From Clostridia bacterium (GTDB lineage Bacteria; Bacillota; Clostridia; Oscillospirales; CAG-272), in contig JAFTMJ010000053.1 of assembly GCA_017452475.1 (NCBI GenBank), positions 1,512 to 65,511 of the forward strand: DNA of 64,000 bases, in the 5' to 3' direction. Both the position numbers and the translations under genes were made by a program. Shown here piece after piece: positions 57,701-64,000 of this stretch. The notes under the pieces are model-generated. The model saw nothing but the letters and a program-made list of their open reading frames with translations, was not told the origin of the DNA and did not search any database. Position 1 is the stretch's first letter, and every line of letters starts with the position of its first letter.

Positions 57701-58750
57701 ATGACTAACAGAAATTATGAAATTTTAAGTGAAAATACCGTTGTTGCAATTTGGCAAAATAACAAGCTAAATGTACTCAACGAAGCTTTGTTACCGTTAT
57801 ATCTACGCAAGATTCAAAATGCAAATATGTGGCTCGAAACACGTGCAATAGATAGTCATAGAGCAAACTCTCGCCTTTTGAAAAAAGCCCTTAGATTAAC
57901 TGACAAGGACGATATTTCAACCGTAATACATGTTAACGGAGCCACTATTACAGATAACTATTGGATTCGAGAAATCGGATCAGAGTTGACTTATGACGAT
58001 GTTAAATTTGAGGACGATTATTTTTCCAATCTTGCTCTTAAAGGAAACTATGATAGCTTTAATCGTGCTGCAAACAGTAAGCGTTCAAAAACTCCAGAGC
58101 TTACCAATGTAGGAAGCTTTGAAAAGTGTTGGAAGTTGCGCGACGGAAAGTGGTGGATGTACAAAAAGGCAAACCACGAAGAGATGTTTTCTGAATTGTT
58201 TATTTATGAGCTTGGAAGAGAGCTTGGATTTGATATGGCAATTTATGAGCGTGGAGAAGGGTATATTAAATCTCTTGATTTTACAGATTCAGCATCGGTA
58301 AACTTTGAACCTGCTTCAACATTTATGGGAGATAACGAGGAGTATATTGATGTTATAAAAGCACTTGAAAAACTTTGCCCTCAAGCAATCTCCGATTATG
58401 TTAAATTGATATTCTTAGATACTATTTGTGCAAACCCGGACAGACATACAAATAACTTTGGACTTTTGCGTGACGTACAAACAGGAGAACTCCTCGGACT
58501 TGCACCAAACTATGATAACAATATGGCGCTGATTTCCCGTGGATACCCATCAAAAACAGGCAACAAAGATGTTCTTATAACAATGTTTAATGAACTCTTG
58601 GAAGAATATCCAACCTTCCGTTCTTTCGTTCCAAAAGTAACAGAAGATACAGTTAGAAAAGTTATTAACAAACTTAATATGAAGGTCAAATCACAACTTA
58701 TTGTTGAGTTAGTAACAAAACGCTACGAAATGATTGTCAAGAAATTTTAA
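57701..58750 (+). CDS. HipA-like serine/threonine kinase (349 aa), no cognate HipB/HipS gene
   Basis: Start MTNRNYEIL follows AAAAAGGAGGGA. Catalytic-loop-like ICANPDRHTNNFGLL and APNYDNN match the HipA_C D-x-H-x-x-N and YD motifs. Confidence 0.75.
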   Translation: MTNRNYEILSENTVVAIWQNNKLNVLNEALLPLYLRKIQNANMWLETRAIDSHRANSRLLKKALRLTDKDDISTVIHVNGATITDNYWIREIGSELTYDDVKFEDDYFSNLALKGNYDSFNRAANSKRSKTPELTNVGSFEKCWKLRDGKWWMYKKANHEEMFSELFIYELGRELGFDMAIYERGEGYIKSLDFTDSASVNFEPASTFMGDNEEYIDVIKALEKLCPQAISDYVKLIFLDTICANPDRHTNNFGLLRDVQTGELLGLAPNYDNNMALISRGYPSKTGNKDVLITMFNELLEEYPTFRSFVPKVTEDTVRKVINKLNMKVKSQLIVELVTKRYEMIVKKF

Positions 58751-58778
58751 AAGACCTGTCATCAAATCCATGTAATCA

Positions 58779-58910
58779 AACGAAAAAGCATTTCCGCAAA
58801 ACGGAAATGCTTTTTCTGTTGAATCAAATCAACAAATTCAAATACCTACCGTACCTAAATTAGTTGTTCTGATTCTTGATGGAATTTTCGTAAGATTCTA
58901 CCATCTTCTT
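58779..58910. repeat. right direct repeat (attR-like), includes terminator and functional SASP 3' end
   Basis: Near-identical to 53342-53473; hairpin AAAAAGCATTTCCG-CAAAA-CGGAAATGCTTTTT. Confidence 0.9.
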
Positions 58911-59066
58911 AACCATCTGACCGCCGATAGAGCCTGCCTGCTTAGAGGTCAAGTTACCGTTGTAGCCGTTCTGGTTAAGAGTAACACCTACTTCGCTAGC
59001 AGCCTGCATCTTGAACTGGTCAAGAGCAGCCTTAGCTTCAGGAACTGAGATGTTGTTCTTAGACAT
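58860..59066 (-). CDS. alpha/beta-type small acid-soluble spore protein
   Basis: 68 aa. KMQAASEVGV...LTSKQAGSIGGQMVKKMVE matches the SASP alpha/beta signatures (K-x-E-x-A-x-E-x-G and G-x-V-G-G). AGGAG SD. Confidence 0.9.
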   Translation of the reverse strand: MSKNNISVPEAKAALDQFKMQAASEVGVTLNQNGYNGNLTSKQAGSIGGQMVKKMVESYENSIKNQNN

Positions 59067-59219
59067 AGTAAACTCCTGTTCATTTAATCTATATTATCGA
59101 GCATAGGCGATTTGCCACCAAACCGCCTAATCAACAAGACCGCCCGATAACAAATCTCAAATGCTCTGTAATTATTATGTTGATAAAATTCAAAAATATA
59201 AATGCCATTTTTTAGATAA

Positions 59220-59360
59220 AACAAAAACTTGCGGCCTCTAATACCCCAATGTGAAAATACGTGCAAGCACATAGGATACGAAACGGTTGAAACTATACTA
59301 AATGTGTACTCGCATATAACAGATGAGGTAATGAAAAACGCAGCTAAGACAATAGATTAA
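59220..59360 (+). pseudogene. C-terminal remnant of a tyrosine recombinase/integrase
   Basis: In-frame translation IGYETVETILNVYSHITDEVMKNAAKTID* matches the LGH-x-x-x-x-T-x-x-x-Y-x-H box II region with the catalytic Tyr. An upstream in-frame stop at 59217 leaves no N-terminal or catalytic core. Confidence 0.65.
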
Positions 59361-59721
59361 CTATGGGAGCGATTACAGATGATTATAAAGACGAAAGAAA
59401 ATTAGCAAATATAAAATCAACTAAAAGAAGCAAATTTCAAGCTCCTAAAAGCGAACGCATATACAAGGACACAGGTCCCGAAACCGCCTGCCAAGGCACC
59501 TATAAGTCTTAAGAAAACGGCGAAATCAATCCACAGCATAATCGAATCTATATATAAAAGCGAGTCCTAAAAATCAGCAATAGCTTTCTTTAACAGACTT
59601 GAATCCAATCCAAATATGTAGTAAAATAAATTTAGAAAAATTTTCAAAAAATTTGAACCTTTTTTGAAGAAATGTGTTTATATAGGTGTGTACACGAGAA
59701 ACTTGAAAGGAGGGGTAGGCT

Positions 59722-60978
59722 ATCAAACGAGATTTTGAAGAGGTAATCAAGGAAAACGCAACTTGGCTACTTAGATATATAAAAAGTAAAATTTCAAACA
59801 AGAGCTTATGCGAGGACATGTTGCAAGAAATCATGTTAAAGGCATATAAAGCATACGATGATTATATTGAAAATGGTACATTCAAATCTTGGCTTTTGCG
59901 TATTGCAAGTAATTATTTGAATAATTATTATTCAAGAAACTCGGTTGAATGTTTATCTCTTGACTATGAGGACGAGGAATTTAATTCGTTCTACGGTTAT
60001 CTTTCAAATGAAGAATTAAGTCCTGAGGAAAAGCTTATACACGATGAGCTTATTTCAAGTGTTATGCTACAAATATCTAAATTACCGAAAAAACAAAGTC
60101 AAATGATAATCTATCGATACTTTTACGATATGAGCATAGAGGAAATATCAACTAAAATGAATATTCCAAAAGGTACAGTAAAAAGCACTACTCATTATGC
60201 AATAGAAACACTTAAAAAACACCTTAATGTAGATAGACAAGGAGAAAAAATTATGGAATGCAAGGAAATCTATAAATACTTATTTATTTATGCCAACGGA
60301 ACGATTCAGCCTGATCACAAAAAGCTCGTTGAAGAGCATATAAAAACCTGTCCAAAATGCAACGATATTGTAGTCGCTTTACAAAAGCTCATTCCTACTA
60401 TGGTGTTCGCACAGGAGGATGAAATGACGTATTTTAGCATATCGTTCCCTGAATTAAAGTTAGCATTTACAGGTATTAGATATGAGGTGGAAAATTTTGA
60501 ACTATGTGAAAAAGCTCTCGAAGAGTGGGGCGGAAATATTCCTGACGATGAGAATAATATGTCAAGCGGCTATACTAAAAATTGTGAAATTTTAGGAGTT
60601 TTTGATAACGAAGGAAATGAAATTAAAATGAAAATTTGCCAAGAAACCGAAACGCATTATAGAACAAAACCAACCTATATGAAAAAGGTATATAGGTATA
60701 TGTGGAATTATTGTGCGTTCTTGAATAAGGTAGCCGGAGGCTACATAAGAAGCTCCAAGGAAGCACCCAATCTATATTATGGTTCGTTTAATAACAGTTT
60801 GGGTGGAAATGCAAAATCCGCGCTTTATCAAGCAATACCAAAAGAAGCTGAAAATATTAGAATCAAACGAGGAAATGGCGTTATAGATTGCGACACATAC
60901 AAATTTGCATATGTTGACCGATATGTAACAGAGGAAGAAACAATAAGACTTGAATATTCGTATTTGTTAAACAAATAA
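59722..60978 (+). CDS. ECF-type sigma-70 factor fused in frame to a zf-HC2 anti-sigma domain and a soluble C-terminal domain; start codon uncertain
   Basis: Sigma region 2 (CEDMLQEIMLKAYKAY...FKSWLLRIASNYLNNYY), region 4 (LPKKQSQMIIYRYFYDMSIEEISTKMNIPKGTVKS), then MECKEIYKYL...HIKTCPKCN with no intervening stop. GAAAGGAGGGG SD at 59705-59715. The only codon at proper spacing is ATC (59722); the first ATG is at 59818. Confidence 0.6.
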   Translation: MKRDFEEVIKENATWLLRYIKSKISNKSLCEDMLQEIMLKAYKAYDDYIENGTFKSWLLRIASNYLNNYYSRNSVECLSLDYEDEEFNSFYGYLSNEELSPEEKLIHDELISSVMLQISKLPKKQSQMIIYRYFYDMSIEEISTKMNIPKGTVKSTTHYAIETLKKHLNVDRQGEKIMECKEIYKYLFIYANGTIQPDHKKLVEEHIKTCPKCNDIVVALQKLIPTMVFAQEDEMTYFSISFPELKLAFTGIRYEVENFELCEKALEEWGGNIPDDENNMSSGYTKNCEILGVFDNEGNEIKMKICQETETHYRTKPTYMKKVYRYMWNYCAFLNKVAGGYIRSSKEAPNLYYGSFNNSLGGNAKSALYQAIPKEAENIRIKRGNGVIDCDTYKFAYVDRYVTEEETIRLEYSYLLNK

Positions 60979-61110
60979 AAATCGCGAGTTCAAATTCGGC
61001 ACTCGTTTTTGCCTTATTATGTTGAAAGAATGCACATATTATGATACAATAGATTTAAAGTAATATGCTTGCGATGTTATATTTTAAAAATTATTTAAAA
61101 AGGAGAGTCT

Positions 61111-62808
61111 ATGAAGGTTGTAATTATAGGTGGGGTTGCCGGTGGAGCAACTGCTGCGGCAAGAATAAGAAGATTAGACGAGAATGCGGAGATTATCATT
61201 TTTGAGCGCTCAGGCTATATTTCATATGCAAACTGTGGCTTGCTGTATTATTTCGGTGGCGTTATCAAGGACAAAGAGGATTTGACGCTTCAAACGCCCG
61301 AGGGCTTTTATAGGCGATTTAGAATCAAAGCCAAGGTAAACCACGAGGTAACCGATATTGACGCAAAAAACAAAACCGTTTTCGTAACTGACCTGAAAAC
61401 AGGAGCGAGCTTCACGGAAAGCTATGACAAGCTTATTTTATCCCCCGGAGCAAAGCCTATTTTGCCCGATTTCTATACTGAAAACGAAAGAACCTTCACG
61501 CTTCGAACAGTAGAGGATACGTTAAAAATCCGCGCTTTTGTCGAGCAAAATCAGCCTAAGACAGCAGTTATTATCGGCGGTGGCTTTATCGGTCTTGAAA
61601 TGGCAGAAAACCTTGCCGAGCTTGGAATAAAAACAACCATAGTTCAGCGTGGCAACCATCTTTTGCCACCCGTTGATTGCGATATGGCATCGTTCATTCA
61701 CGCAAGCTTCCGTTACCACGGAGTAGAGCTGTTACTCAATAGTAGCGCAAGTAAAATGAGCATTGCAGATAACAAGGTTCAGCTTGAGCTTGACGGTGGA
61801 AAGCAAATTAGCGCCGATATGGTCGTGCTTGCAGTTGGAGTTACTCCGGAAAACACACTTGCGAAAAAGGCAGGCTTGGAGCTTGGCTTAAAGGGCACAA
61901 TCAAGGTAAATAGCAAAATGGAAGCCTCTGTTCCTGATATCTACGCAGTGGGTGATGCCGTGCAAGTAAAGCACTTTATCACCGAGCAGGACTCGGTCAT
62001 TTCGTTAGCTGGACCGGCCAATAAGCAGGGGCGTATCGCTGCTGATAATATTTGTGGGCTAAAGAGTGAATACAAGGGCTCACAGGGCTCGTCTGTTATA
62101 AAGCTCTTTGATATGACAGTGGCAACTACGGGAATTAACGAGCAGCAAGCCAAATCAAATGGCTACGAATACGAAAAGGTTATCTTAACCCAAAATTCCC
62201 ACGCAGGATATTATCCGGGCGCAACAGCAATGACTCTAAAGTTGATTTTTGAAAAGGAAAGCTTTAAGATCTTAGGCGCACAGATCGTCGGTTACGATGG
62301 CGTGGATAAGCGCATTGATGTAATTGCAACAGCAATCCGCGCAGGCTTGAAGGCTGATTGGCTAAAGGATTTAGATCTGGCGTACGCTCCGCCTTATTCT
62401 TCCGCCAAAGACCCCGTGAATATGGCAGGCTTTGTCGCTGAAAATATCAAAAACGGTGTGGTTAAGCAGTTTTATTATGAGGATATTTCCGCCTTGCGTG
62501 AAAGAGAGGATGTAATTTTGCTTGACACTCGCACTCCGTTTGAATATATGCGAGGTCGTGCAGACGGCTTTATCAATATTCCACTTGATGATTTAAGGGA
62601 GCGTATAGGCGAGCTTGATAAATCCAAAAAAATCTATGTTATGTGCCAAAGCGGACTTCGCAGTTATTTGGCAACACGAATTTTAATGCAAAACGGCTTT
62701 GATGCTTACAATTTCGCAGGTGGCTTTAGACTATATAGCAGTATTAAAAATGAGGAATTACTATCTAACAGGTGCTACTCCTGCGGTATGGATAAAACAG
62801 ATAAATAA
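61111..62808 (+). CDS. CoA-disulfide reductase / NADH-dependent persulfide reductase with C-terminal rhodanese domain
   Basis: VVIIGGVAGGATAA, redox Cys in SYANCGLLYY, second dinucleotide fold IIGGGFIGLE, C-terminal rhodanese with active-site loop VMCQSGLRS. Confidence 0.9.
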   Translation: MKVVIIGGVAGGATAAARIRRLDENAEIIIFERSGYISYANCGLLYYFGGVIKDKEDLTLQTPEGFYRRFRIKAKVNHEVTDIDAKNKTVFVTDLKTGASFTESYDKLILSPGAKPILPDFYTENERTFTLRTVEDTLKIRAFVEQNQPKTAVIIGGGFIGLEMAENLAELGIKTTIVQRGNHLLPPVDCDMASFIHASFRYHGVELLLNSSASKMSIADNKVQLELDGGKQISADMVVLAVGVTPENTLAKKAGLELGLKGTIKVNSKMEASVPDIYAVGDAVQVKHFITEQDSVISLAGPANKQGRIAADNICGLKSEYKGSQGSSVIKLFDMTVATTGINEQQAKSNGYEYEKVILTQNSHAGYYPGATAMTLKLIFEKESFKILGAQIVGYDGVDKRIDVIATAIRAGLKADWLKDLDLAYAPPYSSAKDPVNMAGFVAENIKNGVVKQFYYEDISALREREDVILLDTRTPFEYMRGRADGFINIPLDDLRERIGELDKSKKIYVMCQSGLRSYLATRILMQNGFDAYNFAGGFRLYSSIKNEELLSNRCYSCGMDKTDK

Positions 62809-62828
62809 GAATTTGGTGGAGATACAAT

Positions 62829-63191
62829 ATGAAGCTAAAGAATATTTTGATTGTTGTTAAAGACATAGAAAAATCAAGACAGTTCTATCACAACCTGTTT
62901 GGCTTAGATATGGTGCTTGACAATGACGGAAATATGATTTTAACAGAAGGTCTTGTCCTTCAAGATGAGAAGATATGGGAATCGTTTTTAGATAGAGAAA
63001 TTTTATCAAAAAGCAACTCTTGCGAGCTGTATTTTGAGGAGCAGGATATCGAGTCTTTTGTAGAAAAATTGGAAAGACTATATCCCTCTATTGAATATGT
63101 AAACCGTCTTATGACACATAGCTGGGGACAACGGGTAATCCGCTTCTACGATTTAGACGGTAACTTAATTGAAGTAGGAACACCTATGTAA
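62829..63191 (+). CDS. VOC/glyoxalase-family protein
   Basis: ILIVVKDIEKSRQFYHNLFGL and the C-terminal FYDLDGNLIEVG beta-alpha-beta-beta-beta pattern. Confidence 0.8.
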   Translation: MKLKNILIVVKDIEKSRQFYHNLFGLDMVLDNDGNMILTEGLVLQDEKIWESFLDREILSKSNSCELYFEEQDIESFVEKLERLYPSIEYVNRLMTHSWGQRVIRFYDLDGNLIEVGTPM

Positions 63192-63645
63192 TCAACAAGC
63201 TCCAATTTGTCGAAGAATAGAATTTGTACTTTACATCTAGCCGCAACCCACCCCAATTGAACTCGATTTGGAGCAACAAATAAAGCCTTATACTGCATTA
63301 AAAACTCTTGCCGATTTTTTAATCGCCTGCATTTTTAATTTGTCTAAGTCCTTATTTGTTCGCTCGAAATTTGCGTAGCAATCTGTTAACGCATAATAGG
63401 CGAGAGAGTTTCAATTGAGAAAGACGCAGACAGTTAAAAAACTTTCAAGTCGTTATCGGTTGGAAGGCTCCGTCTATTATGTGTTACAGACGGGTTCAAT
63501 TAGGGCTGATTGCGGCTAAACGAAGGTGCAAAAATCTCCGCAAGTGGAAAAAGGCGAAAAACGGGCTTATTCAACCCTCAAAGCAGGGAAGAACAAGCCC
63601 GTTATGTTTGTTGTGAAAACGCGAGATTTAGCGAGAAAATAAAAG

Positions 63646-63678
63646 AAAATCGGAGGTCCAACTGAACCTCCGATTTTG
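63646..63678 (+). terminator. intrinsic terminator in an ORF-poor region
   Basis: AAAATCGGAGGT-CCAACTGA-ACCTCCGATTTT. Confidence 0.65.
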
Positions 63679-63730
63679 GCCTGATGTGACTTGTTATCCC
63701 CATAATCCCAAGACCGATTTTTATGTTTTT

Positions 63731-63760
63731 CTAGTGCTATCTAGTGCTTTTTAGTGCTAT
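63731..63760. repeat. three tandem 10-bp units (C/T)TAGTGCT(A/T)T
   Basis: CTAGTGCTAT CTAGTGCTTT TTAGTGCTAT with exact 10-bp phasing. Confidence 0.8.
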
Positions 63761-64000
63761 TCTGACAACCAAAGCGTACATTTTCGTGCTCTCGTGTTCT
63801 ACTGTTTCCATGTAGTCCACTTCTCGAAGTGGTCAAACATGTGGTCAGAAAACAAGCCTTGCGTATCCGTTTATTGTGATACACAGGGCTTTGTTTTTCG
63901 TTTACCGTACCCCAAAATTTGGGGAGCAATAAACAAAGAAAAAGCGGTTAATAAATATCAAAATATTCTCGCAAGAATTTGTCGTATTGCCATTCCGGGC

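Larger units (their letters stand above)
53342..58910. mobile_element. putative integrated genomic island without recombinase, bounded by ~132-bp direct repeats at the 3' end of an SASP gene
   Basis: Direct repeats 53342-53473 and 58779-58910 (4 mismatches by my count). Interior is AT-rich relative to the flanks. The target-gene 3' end is duplicated. Confidence 0.7.

Noticed and set aside
53342-58910. skin-like sporulation intervening element that must excise to reconstitute a sporulation gene
   Set aside because: The SASP ORF is intact because the duplicated 3' end restores it, so excision is not needed for function. No SpoIVCA-like or other recombinase is encoded.
59084-59272. 62-aa minus-strand ORF upstream of the SASP gene
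   Set aside because: It has no SD, lies in very AT-rich sequence, and overlaps the SASP promoter region and the integrase-remnant frame. It is most likely a chance ORF.
63521-63545. GGTGCAAAAATCTCCGC resembling the GGTGnAAAtCC core of cobalamin riboswitches
   Set aside because: No B12 box (GCCACTG-type) or surrounding conserved helices were seen, and no downstream gene is there to regulate. The match to the island's GGTGCAAAA motif is a single 9-mer, compatible with chance.

Overview
64-kb chromosomal segment of an endospore-forming Firmicute (Clostridia-like, roughly mid-40s % GC by eye). It holds about 55 credible protein genes and one tRNA-Leu(CAA). Most of the window is housekeeping: ychF, an OmpR/histidine-kinase pair, RNA methyltransferases, ruvB-ruvA with a separately placed ruvC, the ecfA1-ecfA2-ecfT-truA module, a ClpC-like AAA+ chaperone, gdhA, hprK, pcrA, mini-RNase III, a GlpA-like flavoprotein trio, a heterodimeric ABC exporter and glycoside hydrolases (GH36, GH2, a clan GH-A enzyme). 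Sporulation-linked genes are also present: a GerA-family protein, CotH, an M23 peptidase and an alpha/beta SASP. The stand-out is an accessory stretch at about 53.3-61.0 kb with two parts. (i) A 5.4-kb AT-rich island is bracketed by ~132-bp direct repeats that duplicate the terminator and last 16 codons of the SASP gene. It has no recombinase. It carries a self-contained operon of two divergent DUF488 proteins plus a 694-aa protein with three internal ~80-aa repeats, a coiled coil and a C-terminal Cys cluster, followed by an orphan HipA-like kinase. (ii) On the other side of the SASP gene lies a second very AT-rich segment with a tyrosine-integrase C-terminal remnant and an ECF sigma/anti-sigma pair fused in one reading frame. 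The DUF488-DUF488-repeat-protein cassette, possibly with the HipA-like kinase, is my best candidate for an undescribed conflict/defence system. No CRISPR array, rRNA or intact transposase was seen. All calls rest on reading the ORF translations and the sequence by eye; no database search was possible.
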